Part shown: positions 12,241 to 25,479 of the stretch, piece after piece
Position numbering within the stretch: the stretch's first letter is position 1
How the letters are laid out: each line of letters begins with the position of its first letter
Origin: Octopus vulgaris
Taxonomy: Eukaryota
NCBI GenBank assembly: GCA_951406725.2
Contig: OX597832.1
Span: 57,164,001 to 57,228,000, forward strand
Length of the DNA: 64,000 nucleotides
Direction: 5' to 3'
The notes under the pieces: generated by a model
What the model was told of the DNA's origin: nothing
The model's database searches: none
What the model saw: only the letters and a program-made list of their open reading frames with translations
Made by a program: the position numbers and the translations under genes

Positions 12241-14217
12241 TATACCAAAATAAAACTAATGTAGCACCATAGAAACTAAATACAGAAGATATTGATTAAA
12301 ATTTGATTAAGGCTTTATGTAGTCTTTCAGAGACACTCTTGTATGTTTGGGGCAGAATATACTTCACTTCTTTATCCGGGTTTATTTGGAAGGCTAGAGA
12401 ACAATGACAGGATTTTCTCCACATTAATTGAGAACTTTGTTGATAGATCTCCCTCCATAATCTACCGAAATATATAATTGCAGACTATGCCTTCCTGAAA
12501 AACTGTATATCATTAAAAAAGCCTGTATTTATCCTTCAGTGATAAATTTGAAGTGATTTTCAATTGCTGTGATGGACAGAAAATAATGCCAAGAATAATT
12601 GAGGAGCTAATACCCTTACCATCATCATCATCATCATCGTTTAATGTCTGTTTTCCATGTTGGCATGGGTTGGACGGTTTGACTGAGGGCTGGCAAGCCA
12701 GAAGGCGGAAGCAGGCTCCAATCCGACCTGGCAAAATTTCTACAGAGTGTAATGGGTGCTTTTATGTGCCACTGGCATGATGGCCATGCTCGACTGGTGC
12801 TTTTTACGTGACACCAGCATGGGGGCCAGTCAGGCGGCACTGGCATTGACTACACTCGAATGGTGCTTTTTACATGCTACTGGCATGGGACCAGTCAGCT
12901 GTCACTAGCATCTTCATCATCATCATCATCATCATTTAATGTCCGTCATCCATGCTGGCATGGATTGGACAGTTTGACCAGAGCTGGCAAGCTGGGGAGC
13001 TACACCAAACTCAAGTCTGATTTGGCATCGTTTCTACAACAGATGTGCTTCCTAATGCCAACCACCTTACATGGTTGCCAATCAGGTGGTACTCTCATCA
13101 GTACTTCACTTGCCTCAACAGGTCTTTGCAAGCACAGTTTATTGCCCAATGATTGAAGGGTGCTCTTAATGAAAGCTAACCCTTACTGAATCACCCTCTT
13201 TGACTTTATAACAGTTTATCAGTGAGTCATGTTACATGTTTGGAATAATTCCTATAATATGATTTAAAACTCAAGTGTGAAGTAAGCTGGTCAACAAACA
13301 TTGAGGTCCAATTTTCAAGCTAAATCCAGTTAGAACTTTATTCGTGATTGATGACTGATCATGAAGAAAAATACTTTTATGACTATAAAACTTTGTATAA
13401 TCACTGTGTAAGTCTCCACCAACCAACCAGTACACACACACACACACACACACACGCAAACACACACACACATGCATAAATATATAGACAGGTGTGTATG
13501 TATATGTGCATACTAATATATACACACAAATGTACATATGCACATTTATATGTGTGCATATATGTGTGTATGTGAGTGTGTGTGTGTGTGTGTGTGTGTG
13601 AGTGTGTGTGTGTGTGTGTGCATACATACATATATACATAAACACCTATATATGTATATGTACATAAATGCACTTACACACATGTGTACACAGATATACA
13701 TACACACATATACATATACATATATATATATATTGTGTGGACAATTTAATATTATATAAATGTGTGTGTGTGTGTGTGTATGTGTGTGTGTGTGTCTTTC
13801 AATGATGCATATCAGAGGAAAATGTAGACATCAATGAAAAAAAATGATAAACTTGTGACTTTCAAATGAAAAATTCTTGTGATGTTTTTTTTTATATTTC
13901 TGCTTGAGTTCCACACACTAACTCCCGCCATTCTCATCATTCTAAACGCAGTCAACCATTGAACCATGATAAAAACCTCTAAGTAAAGCTGCTATTGTTC
14001 ATAAAATATATCAAAAAGAAAAAAAAAATAGATAACTAAATAATAAATATGTATAGATTGATGCAGACATGGCTGTGTGGTTAAGAAGCTTGGTTCCGAA
14101 CCATGCAGTCTCATGTTCCATCCCACTGTGTGCTAAGTCGGGCAAGTGTCTTCTCCTATAGCCTCGGGCTAACCAAAGCCTTGCGGGTGGATTGGTACAT
14201 CGAACCTGTGTGTAAGC

Positions 14218-14446
14218 TCATCATCATCACTGTCATCTTCATCATCATCATCATCATCATCATCATCTTCATCATCACCGTCATCTTCATCATCTTCACC
14301 ATCATCATCATCATCATCATCATCATCTTCATCATCATCATCTTCATCATCTTCATCATCATCATCATCATCATCATTTTCATCATCATCTTCATCATCA
14401 TCATCATCTTCATCATCATCATCACCGTCATCTTCATCATCTTCAC

Positions 14447-14477
<31 letters not shown>

Positions 14478-14488
14478 TTCATCATCAT

Positions 14489-14522
<34 letters not shown>

Positions 14523-14546
14523 TTCATCATCATCATCATCATCATC

Positions 14547-14606
<60 letters not shown>

Positions 14607-14613
14607 GTCATCA
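14218..14613. repeat. (CAT)n/(CTT) trinucleotide tract, expanded tail of a family C element
   Basis: Direct inspection; followed by TTTAATGTCCG...CCATGTTGGCATGGG. Confidence 0.92.
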
Positions 14614-14779
14614 TTTAATGTCCGTTGTCCATGTTGGCATGGGTTGAACAGTTTGACCAGAACTGGCAAGCTGGGGAGCTACACCAAACTCTGATTTGGC
14701 ATAGTTTCTACAACAGGATGCGCTTCCTAACGCCAACTGCCTTACAGAATGTGCCGCATGCACGAATGTGTGTGTCTGT

Positions 14780-14905
<126 letters not shown>

Positions 14906-15712
14906 TGTGTCTTAGTATTTGTGTCTGTCCTCCACCACTGCTTCACAGCCATTGATGGTTTGTTTACTTCCCTGTAACTTAGCAGTTTGGTATAAGAACA
15001 AAAAAAGGCTGATAGACTAAGTCTCAAATTAAAAAAAAATATAAAACAAAATATACAAGTACTATGGAACGATTTATTCAATTAAAAACCTTCCTGGGCG
15101 GTGCCCCAGCATGGCCACAGTTCAATAACTAAAACAAGCAAAAGATGAAAGGCATCCTTCTCAATTCCGCTAGAGAAGAAATCTGTCTTTGATGTCTTGT
15201 TATTAGGCGGGATGTATGCAAAGTAAAATGGAAGCCCATTGGTGTCTAGTCAACCGATTATGACTTCTCTCTCCCTTCGAAATTAGACTAATGCTTAGTA
15301 AACCAATAAAAGTTGTGATCAGTTAAAAAAGGAAGAGAATAAAAAAAATTATTTTTAACTAGCCCTAGGTTTAGTAAACAAGAGCAAAATTACTTTTCAA
15401 GTTAACTACATTAATTCCTCTAAAAAGAAAGAAAAAAATCTAAATTTGAAATTTCCAGTATAAAATTTAAATTATTATTACTAAAACTTTAAAATAATTT
15501 TTTTTTTTTTAAACGCAAACTACATTTGAGGAAAATATAACGAAAGTTCAAATTATTTTTATGAAATAAAAACTGCAAAAAAAAAAAAGAAAAAATAGAA
15601 GTCTTTCTGAAGAGTTTTAATTAAGTTATAATTAAGATCTTGTGTATTGTAAATTTCTGTGAAGCTACCATTTCATAAAACTGGTTTTTAACCACTTGTT
15701 GTTGTTTTTCTT

Positions 15713-15744
<32 letters not shown>

Positions 15745-15745
15745 A

Positions 15746-15818
<73 letters not shown>

Positions 15819-16410
15819 TTGAGTGAAAGAGAAATGTATACCATCATATTGTTATTATTATTATTATTAATATTATTGTTAGCGTTCCATTTTGGTTCTG
15901 TCTTTAAACAAAACAAATTCTTTACAACATGAGTGATCCACTTTACCTTCTTAATTAACCATCAACCATAAAGAATTTCCTTCTGTTCACTTTTTGTTTT
16001 TGCTCTGTATTTTTTTGTTTTTGTCCTGATGATATTAATGGTTATCCTTATGCAATGAGTCAGCAGAATTGTTATCACATCAAACAAAAATGCCTACCGG
16101 TAGTATTATATTCTAAGTTCAGATTCTGCCTGGGTCAACTTTACCATTTATTCATCTAGGGTTGATAAAATAAATACCAGTCAACTTAACCACCTTCACT
16201 CAAATTTGCTGGCCATAGCCAACTTTGCTATTCATCCCTTAAAGGTTGATAAGAAAAAAAGAGAGCAGTCAAATAGTGGAATTGATGTAATCCCCTTATT
16301 CCTTCCTCTCAAATTGTTCAAAATTGATTCTTCTATGATTAATTTTATCTAAGGTCTTTGCAAAGTTGAGACATTTCACATCCACATTTAAATGACTGAG
16401 TCATTGTTTC

Positions 16411-16650
16411 AGTCATCATTGTTCGACCGTGGTCGAGACAATGGAATTTACCATGCTATGCCAGACTTCACGGTCCATCATAGCATTACGGAGGTCCTGT
16501 TGCTGGATGCCTGTATCCCTGCAGATTACATCAGGGTAGGAGAGTGTGCGCCCTCTGGTATTGTGAGTAGATGGCTTCCAGAGGAGAAGAGTAGAAATTA
16601 CCTCGTTTTCAGCTCTACAACAATGTCCAGCAAACTGGACTCTCCAGTAC
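16411..16650 (-). mobile_element. RTE-type LINE 3' end
   Basis: RVQFAGHCCRAENEVISTLLLWKP...DLRNAMMDREVWHSMV followed by a TGA-repeat tail; closely similar copy at 32450-32835. Confidence 0.8.
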
Positions 16651-16989
16651 CCAGTCATTATGTTGTCATAATGTACCAGTTATAATGTTGTGGTAGGTGT
16701 GTAAGCTCTGGAAAAGTATCTGTAATAGTTTTTTGCAACAGCTTCCTTGCATATCTTCAAAGGCATCATGGGAAAACCATCTGCACTCATTGCTGAGTTC
16801 AAATTAATCTCATCAATGACTGACATATGATATTCTCTTCTAAAGCAACAAGCTGGCAGAATTACTTGCAAACTGGGCAAAATGCTTAACAGCATTTCAC
16901 TCATCTTTACATTCTGAGTTCAAAGTCCACTGAGGTGAACTTTGCCTTTCATCCTTTCAGGGTCGATAAAATAAGTACCAGCTGAGATA

Positions 16990-17430
16990 TTCATAACTGA
17001 AAGGATGCAGACCATTTCAGATTTAAGAACTCTACCACACTGCTGAATTCTAGAACTGAAATTTTCAGCAGTTATAAACATATAGTCAAGTTCCTGTTGG
17101 TGAACTGGAAAATACCACCCTCTTTGAATTGAGTGGCTGTGCCACAGACTCTAGGCCACTATCCTTTCAACCTTATGAATTTATGGTCGGAGGCGACATA
17201 ACTTTAATTTTCTCCCTTTTGCTTCTTTCTGTTTTCTCTTTTGTTTACTAGTTTTTCAACCTTCCAACTTTTATATCTACTTCCTTCTTGCTTTTTCTCG
17301 TTTTTTTTTCTCCCATCCTATCATCATACTTTTTAGCTTGTTATGCCACGTGGGCATAGCTTGAGGAGAGTGCTAGGGTACTGGATGTATTAAAAAATGC
17401 TGTCATTGCATGAAACAAATAACAGCTCAT
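16990..17430 (+). mobile_element. Penelope-like 3' end (tail of the GIY-YIG ORF)
   Basis: LLNSRTEIFSSYKHIVKFLL resembles the PLE C-terminal LLNKRSE..SKCRH..KFLL motif; homologous sequence inverted at about 29200-29290. Confidence 0.65.
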
Positions 17431-17439
17431 TAAAACATA

Positions 17440-18174
17440 CACTGTAAAAACCCATGTAATTTGTGCACCTGTGTAATTTACGTAGGTGATTTTCAGGATA
17501 AAAATTGTTAAAAAGAACTTCTACTTGTGTAAAATTAACACCCAAAAGTTTTCAGAGTTGCCGACATGGCCAGGAGGCAAAGGTTTTCAATTTAGTTGTA
17601 TTTAGCATAATTTCACTTACCTATGATTAGATTTCATTAAATTTTCATTAGATAAAAATAATTTCTCTTTAACAGGTATTACATTGAAAGCAATTAAATT
17701 ACAAAGTGTTTGTGTTGTTTATTATAAACTTTATTTTACATTTCTTGCCCACAAGAGATTATGTTTGATCTTCAGCATACTGCTGTATGTCTTCTCAAAT
17801 CACGATCACAGGAAAAATTTGTTGATAAGAATTATCAACAAAAACAAAGCTGATAAATATGAACAGGTGTTGCAAATTAAGTTTAATTACTAATAAACAT
17901 CAGTTTGGATGACACTTTACTCAAATGAGTAAAATATGTAAAATATGGCCTGGATTATGATTACCAGCATGAACGTCAGGCTTCAAAATGTAGTTAACCA
18001 TTTAATGGTTTTAGTAAATTTATACGGAAAAAGTAAGCATTGCACCATCCAGCATAAATAAAAGTCAACTTCATTATATTTAAGTCATTACTTTTTCTGT
18101 AAAAGCCTATACTGACACTAAATGAGCCAAATTCTGGTACAAATGTTTACATTTTGTACATCTTTTTTACAGCA
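17440..18174. mobile_element. putative CACTA/EnSpm-type non-autonomous element
   Basis: Left end CACTGTAAAAA; right end TTTTTTACAG(CA). Confidence 0.45.
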
Positions 18175-18311
18175 AAAAAAGTTTCGAAAAATGTTCTGGA
18201 AAAATCTACTCATGGATCCTAAAGTTTATTTATATTCTTGTAAAAAGAAATGCATAAATTATTTGGGTTTTTATGGTACTGTACTTATTAAATAATATAT
18301 TTATATATATA

Positions 18312-18352
<41 letters not shown>

Positions 18353-18363
18353 ATTTCAACAAT

Positions 18364-18919
18364 TGAGGGTAAAATTAATTAATTATTAATCAATTTCACC
18401 AAGTGTTCAGTATGCAAAGGGACCATTTAAGAATTCAAATTATTACATTATATAAAAGGGCTTAGTAAAATAAATATTGATACTGAACTCATTAGAAATA
18501 GCAGCTAAAAAACTTTTTAAAACTATTTCTAATACTTAAAGAAAATCTCTCGGGAGAACAGAAATGATTCACTTGCTTATTTGGGTTTGTTTGGCACTGT
18601 TAGTTAAGAGCGGATCTTCGAAAGGGTATGTTCTTACTTTCAGTGTTTCCAAATCCAAACCAAGGAATTTCTGAGCTGAAGAGAGAAATGTTGTTTTGAC
18701 TAATCTTGAAACGTACGTACTCAAATAACCTTAGCATTTGATTTTTTAATGTCCTTACCCCCAAACTTTTGTGAGTTGAATTAAGCAAACGCTATATATG
18801 AGAGAGATTTTCTTTAAGTATTAGAAATAGTTTTAAAAAGTTTTTTAGCTGCTATTTCTAATGAGTTCAGTATGCGGAAGTAATTTATTTTACTAAGCCC
18901 TTTATATAATGTAATAATT
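18364..18919 (-). mobile_element. Penelope-like fragment with ~115-bp inverted repeat
   Basis: 18438-18551 is the reverse complement of 18802-18919; the spacer carries an ORF remnant (LRLFEYVRFKISQNNISLF); embedded in (TA)n. Confidence 0.6.
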
Positions 18920-18928
18920 ATATATATT

Positions 18929-18963
<35 letters not shown>

Positions 18964-18969
18964 CATCAT

Positions 18970-19000
<31 letters not shown>

Positions 19001-19157
19001 GGTGCAAGAGTGGTATGTAGTAAGAAGCTAGCTTCTCAACCACATGGTTCTGGGTTCAGTCCCACTGCATAGCACCTTGAGCAAGTGTCTTCTAATATAG
19101 CCTCAGGCCAACCAATGCCTTGTGAGTGGATTTGGTAGATAGAAACTGAAAGAATCA

Positions 19158-19216
<59 letters not shown>

Positions 19217-19688
19217 TACACATCTATATATGCATATGTTTGTGTGTCTGTTTGTCCCACCGCCATCGCATGCCACTTGATGTTGACCTGTTTACGTCAC
19301 TGTAATTTAGCAGTTTGGCAAAAGAGACCGATAGAATAAGTATGAGGCTTACAAAGAATAAATACTGGGGCGTCTTTGTTCAACTAAAGGTGGTGCTCCA
19401 GTATGGCCGCAGTTAAATGACTGAAACAAGTAAAAGAATAAAAGGATATATATATATATATATATGTATTCAAGGAGATGCTGAAAAGTTCCTGGGCTTG
19501 TGTAAAAGAAGGCAAAAGAGGATCAGTTAATTATGATTTTAGTCAACATATTCCCCACTCAGATTCACACACTTATTGCAGCGGTCCTTCAGTTTTTCTA
19601 AGTCCTGTGAAAGAACTCAGAAGCTTGGACCTCCAGCCTGGCCTTTCACAGGACCCTTAAAGCCAGGAACTTTTCAGCCCTTACACTG

Positions 19689-19741
<53 letters not shown>

Positions 19742-19811
19742 TATGCCGGCATTGAACATGGACATTAAATGCTAATGAAGATGATGATGATGATGATATG
19801 TATATATATAT

Positions 19812-20071
19812 ATAAGTTCAGCAAAATTTAGATTCAAATGAATATGGTACTTAAGTTAGATGCACCAGAATTTTGTATGGTGTTATCCATATAAATCCAT
19901 GGAATGATTATAATCAAAATAAGCAATAAGAATAACTTCTGTAATTTGGTACGATCGTTTCGCACTACATCATTTTATTAAATGTTGTAAGTATTACAAC
20001 TGTTTTAAAATGCTGAGTGCTAATCAGCTGATCGTACCAAATTACAGAAGTTATTCTTGTTGCTTATTTTG

Positions 20072-20077
<6 letters not shown>
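19812..20077 (-). mobile_element. Penelope-like fold-back end with hammerhead-like motif
   Basis: 48-bp IR (19909-19956 / 20030-20077, 1 mismatch) enclosing minus-strand CTGATTA-GCACT..AGTGC-GAAAC-GATC-GTA; siblings at 23470-23655 and 62830-62920. Confidence 0.65.
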
Positions 20078-20111
<34 letters not shown>

Positions 20112-20292
20112 TGCATATATATACATATATATATAACTCCCTTATACACCAAATGGGTCAATGGTTAGGACAAAGGCACATACAGGAGTGGTGATGTGAA
20201 ACAATCTCAGACTGAGGAAATCAGAAAGACCACAGTGGTGCTTCAGCATGACTGCAGACTCATGTCTGAAACAACTAAAAGAGTAAAAGAGC

Positions 20293-20323
<31 letters not shown>

Positions 20324-20334
20324 AGCCATTCAAG

Positions 20335-20364
<30 letters not shown>

Positions 20365-20368
<4 letters not shown>

Positions 20369-20820
20369 GATGATGGCCGTCCACTCGTGACCGAGGAAGA
20401 CCATTGCCGACCTTCAGGAACATTGTGCGTTCTAGGACTAATATTTTGCATTTGCGGCTCCGTTATTGGCTAATGAGCCATGCTCTTGACAAGCATACAC
20501 GACTGCAAACATTGCAGACCAAGCTTTCCCCATTCCCTATACTAGCCGTGCACTTTCGCGCAGCTCGCTTAAGTTCTTCATGCTGGATACGTGCTCTCTC
20601 AAAAGTGTCGGTCCCCTCCTTAACCTGCTTCCTCCATCTGTGGCGATGACAAGCATTGTTCTCCCAGTCAGTGTCCTGCATATGACAGGCCTTTAATGAG
20701 GACTTGACACAGTCCTTAAATCGCAGCCTTGGTTTCTGCCAGAGTTTCCTTCCATTCAAAAGTTCTCCATAGAGCATCTGCTTAGGAATCCTTCTATCCT
20801 CCATTCTAATAAGGTGTCCT
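20365..20820 (-). mobile_element. RTE/BovB-like LINE 3' end
   Basis: GHLIRMEDRRIPKQMLYGEL...PRLRFKDCVKSSLK...LVCNVCSRVCLSRAWLIS (C-terminal zinc-finger remnant) with a CAT-repeat tail. Confidence 0.85.
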
Positions 20821-21974
20821 TATATATATACATATATACATACATCTATACATATTCATATATGGAAGCCAGTCAGGTGGCATTAGCATCTGAGAATGGT
20901 CAATGCCAGTGACCTCTGATTTCCTATCGTGACAGTGGCACATAAAAAGCAGCCACTCCACTCTCGGAGTGATTGGCATTAAGAAGGGCAAACAGCTGTA
21001 GAAACATTGTCAGATCAGATTGAAGTCTTGTGCAGCCCACTGGCTTTCCATACCTCAGACAAACCATCCAACCCATGCCAGCATGGAAAGTGAACATTAA
21101 ACAATGATGATGATGATATGTACATACACACACACACACACATGTATGTACATGTATGTGTATATTTGTGTATATTAACCTAATCAATAAATTCAAGGCT
21201 ACAAAGTTCAAAGCAAGTGTATCAATAACTTCACTGAACATGTAATTAACTGGTGATATCGACCTATCCCAGGGGATAAAAGAGAAAGTTAACCACTTCA
21301 TAGCATTTGAATTCAGAACATGAAACACCGTAACTTAACACCACAAAGCATTTGGTCTACCGCTCTACTGGTTCAGCTAATTCACTTTAAAAGATATCAG
21401 CATAAAAAATACATACATGTGTACATACAGAGGTCTGTACATACACACATACACACACACACATGCACACACACAAACATATATATATATATATATATAT
21501 ATGTTACAAAATAATAAATAAAACATATGCATATATACATACATATATGTACGTACCTACATCTATATGTATATATACATGCATATATGGGTACAGGACA
21601 CCAAAAAAACGTCGAATAAAATGAGAAACGAAAACATAAAAACAAAACCAAGGAAATGGACATTTTTCCTAAACAACGAAAAAACAGAGTACAAGACATA
21701 CAACACAAGGAACATTCCCCTTCTTCAGTCGCCTCTGTTTCATCTATATTCTTTTATTCTTTTATCTGATTCAGTCATTTGACTGCAGCCATGCTGGAGC
21801 ACTGCTTTTAGTCAAGCAAATAAACCCCAGGACTTATTCTTTGTGAGCCTAGTACTTTATCAGTCTCTTTTGCCGAACCACTAAGTTATGCGGACATAAA
21901 TACACCAACATTGGTTGCCAAGCGATGTTGGGGGAACAAACATACACACACATATACATACATACACACACATA

Positions 21975-22007
<33 letters not shown>

Positions 22008-22322
22008 CATCATCATCATCATCATCATCATCGTTTAACGTCCGTTTTCCCTGCTAGCACAGGTTGGACGGTTCGACAGGGGTCTGGGAAGCCAGGGGCT
22101 GCACCAGGCTCCAGTCTGATCTGGCAGAGTTTCTACAGCTGGATGCCCTTCCTAACGCCAACCACTTCGCGTATATATACACAATGGGCTTCTTTCAGTT
22201 TTCGTCTACCAAATCCACTCACAAGACTTTGGTCGGCCCGAAGCTATAGCAGAAAAAACTTGCCCAAGGTGCCATGCAGTGGGACTGAACCAGGAACCAT
22301 GTGGTTGGGAAGCAGGCTTCTT

Positions 22323-22531
22323 CATTTTATTTTATTAAATTTGCCACAAGGGCAGCACACAGAGAGAAGCTTGCGGGCTGGACACAGACATTAGTGGGAT
22401 GAATGATGATGATACAAGGATGATAAGGAGAAGGCAAAAAGCACCCGCCGACTTTCGCTTCTCTAAAACATTGTTCTTTTTTCTTTTTTAAGCACAATGA
22501 GGCGATAAACCTCTTACATAGTTCAGGGGAG
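22323..22531 (-). mobile_element. 5'-truncated retroposon inserted into a SINE, with 11-bp TSD
   Basis: GCAGGCTTCTT at 22312-22322 and 22532-22542; body homologous to 34493-34700. Confidence 0.75.
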
Positions 22532-23359
22532 GCAGGCTTCTTACCACACAGCCACTCCTGCTCCTGTATATATATTCTTTTATTCTTTCACTTGTTTCTG
22601 TCATTTGACAGCTGCCATGCTGGAGCACTGCCTTTTTAGTCAAAGAAATCGATTCCAGCACTTATTGTTTGTAAGCCTAGTACTTATTCTATCGGTTTCT
22701 TTTGCTGAACTGCTAAGTTATGGGAGACGTAAGCACACCAACATTGGTTGTCAAGTGATGGGGGTGGGGGGTAAAACCACAAACACAAAGACATACAAAC
22801 ATAAATATATTTATATCTATATTAATAAAAGAGTGAAATTAATTAATTAATTAATTAATAATTAATAATTTTACCAAGTAGTTTGGTGCAGCATTTCAAA
22901 TATAAATCTGAGAGTGTTAGAATTAAATATCTCTTTTACTCTTTTACTCTTTTACTTGTTTCAGTCATTTGACTGCGGCCATGCTGGAGCACCGCCTTTA
23001 ATCGAGCAACTCGACCCCGGGACTTATTCTTTTGTAAGCCCAGTATTTATTATATCGGTCTCTTTTGCTGAACCACTAAGTAACGGGGGACATAAACACA
23101 CCAGCATCGGTTGTCAAGCAATGCTAGGGGACAAACACAGACACACAAACACACACACGCATATATATATATACATATGTACGACGGGCTTCTTTCAGTT
23201 TCCGTCTACCAAATCCACTCACAAGGCTTTGGTCGGCCCGAGGGTATTGTAGAAGACACTTGCCCAAGATGCCACGCAGCGGGACTGAACCCGGAACCAT
23301 GTGGCTGGTTAGCAAGCTACTTACAACACAGCCACTCCTGCGCCTATAAAAGTTTCATA

Positions 23360-23451
23360 CGCCCGCAGAGGGATTCGAACCCGCGACCCTCAGATTACTT
23401 CTAAGGTTGACCTATAAAAGTCTGATGCTCTACCGACTGAGCTCTACCGAC
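23360..23451 (-). tRNA. tRNA-Lys(TTT) with a 19-nt intron (23396-23414); probably a pseudogene
   Basis: Minus strand GTCGGTAGAGCTCAGTCGGTAGAGCATCAGACTTTTA[TAGGTCAACCTTAGAAGTA]ATCTGAGGGTCGCGGGTTCGAATCCCTCTGCGGGCG. D arm and anticodon arm match metazoan tRNA-Lys(TTT); intron follows position 37; TTTT 8 nt downstream; G at position 8, a G-G acceptor mismatch and a T-stem mismatch. Confidence 0.85.
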
Positions 23452-23651
23452 ATATATATATATATATATGAGTTCAGGAAAAATTTAGATTTAGATGAAT
23501 ATGGTACTTAAGTTGAGGCAGCAGAATTTAGTACAGTATTATCCATACAATTTCAAACTAATGTGATAAGAATCAAGATGAGCAACAAGGATATCCAGAG
23601 GTAATGCAATACTGTCATTTCATGCAACTCCATTTAATTGAACAATGCAAC

Positions 23652-23740
<89 letters not shown>

Positions 23741-23753
23741 CATATATATATAA

Positions 23754-23811
<58 letters not shown>

Positions 23812-23885
23812 AAATGAAGAAAATGCTGACAAATAATTGAAGTAATTTAAGTAATTTAATTAGGTGAAAGTTCTTTTTACCGGTT

Positions 23886-23921
<36 letters not shown>

Positions 23922-24004
23922 TTAGAATAACTTAGAAAGGTTTTGGCCAGTATTGGCCCAGGCCATGTCTAACTTAATAGCACCACCTGGCGAAGTCTTT
24001 CAAT

Positions 24005-25225
24005 TCAGGATTTGGGCACCAAGGCCCATTCGAGCAGAGAGTTATTATTTGCGGAGACATATCCGGGTGTGGGTGGTTTGTCCGAGACTGTTTGAAGGAA
24101 TTTGTCCAAAGACTTCTTGAATTTTGTGAGGTCAGTTTCTTTTTTGATGTGTCCTGGTGTAATGTTGAAGAGAGCGGGTCCAATTGAGGTGAAATAGTTG
24201 TGCTGTATTGTCGTTATGTGATGCGATTTAGATTTTTGTTGTGGACGGATGGCACGTGGTCCAAGCCTTGGATGTATTTTGAAGGTGATGCCAACATCAT
24301 TCGGACAGTGCTGATGGAATATTTTCCACATCATACAGATAATGTAGCATTCACGGTGTCGTTGGAGTGAATACAGTTTCAGCTTCTCTAGTCTACCCAA
24401 GTAGTCAAGGTCTGACATGCCATCTATCCTTTTTGTGATTGACCTTTGGGGAGCTTCAATTCTCATAATATTTTGTTTTGTGTAGGGAGACCACAGTGGA
24501 CAGCAGTATTCAAGGTGGGGTCGGGAAAAAGTGGAGAAGAGAAGGATAATAGTGTGGGAATCTCTCGACTGGAAGGTTCTGAGAATCCAGGAACACATTC
24601 TGCGGGCCATGTCAACTTTGCTGCTTATATGTGTAGCCCAGCTTATGTTGTTGTCCACTGTTACTCCCAAGTCTCTGATGTTGTTGGATGCCATGAGAAT
24701 TTCTCCAGAAGGAAGAGAGTATGGGAGTTTCAGAGCGTCCTCCCTTCCAAAGTGGATCAGTTCGAATTTGTCTTCATTTAGCAACATGTTATTCTTTTCC
24801 GCCCATTGGACAACAGCCAGTAGGTCTGACTGAAGGCTTATTCGGTCATCCACGCCATTGATGACCTTCTGGAGCTTGGAATCATCAGCGAAGGTTCTGA
24901 TGTTACTGTGTTTGATGGTGTCAGTAATATCATTTATGTAGATGATGAAGAGAAGTGGGCCCAACACAGTGCTTTGTGGGACACCACTGCTGACTTTGGC
25001 TGGGCTGGATTTGACTCCTTCGACTACAACATGTTGGGTTCTGTTAGACAGGAAGCACTTGATCCACTGCAGCAGCTTTCCAGTGACAACAATATTGGAC
25101 AGCTTTCTCAGAAGGATCTTATGATCAACCCTGTCAAAGGCCTTGCTGAAATCAAGGTAGATGACATCAGTGTTGGAACCCTCTCCCAAGGCTCTCAAAA
25201 TGTCATCAAAATGATGCAGTAGCAA
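24005..25225 (-). pseudogene. LINE ORF2 reverse transcriptase part (406 aa)
   Basis: Canonical non-LTR RT motifs; separated from the endonuclease part by frameshifts at about 25225-25490. Confidence 0.92.
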
Positions 25226-25479
25226 TCTCTCCCATTACGGAATCCATGCTGGTTGGAGTTCAGCATATTATGACTCTCAAGGAAGTGAGTCATATGCGAT
25301 CTCAGCACTCTCTCAAATACCTTAATGATATGAGAGGTGAGTGAGATTGGACGGTAATTCATGGCAAGCGATTTGTTTCCTTTTTTGAAAACTGGGACAA
25401 CAGACTGGGATAGAAGGTCTTCTGGTATATATCCAGCATCCAGTGAGTTCCACCAGAGATTGGCTAGAGGGGGTGCAAG

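Noticed and set aside
14103-14669. Poly-Asp, poly-Ile or poly-Met protein
   Set aside because: Expanded (CAT)n tail of a SINE.
16020-16060. CTGATGA as a hammerhead core
   Set aside because: No downstream GAAA box or stems.
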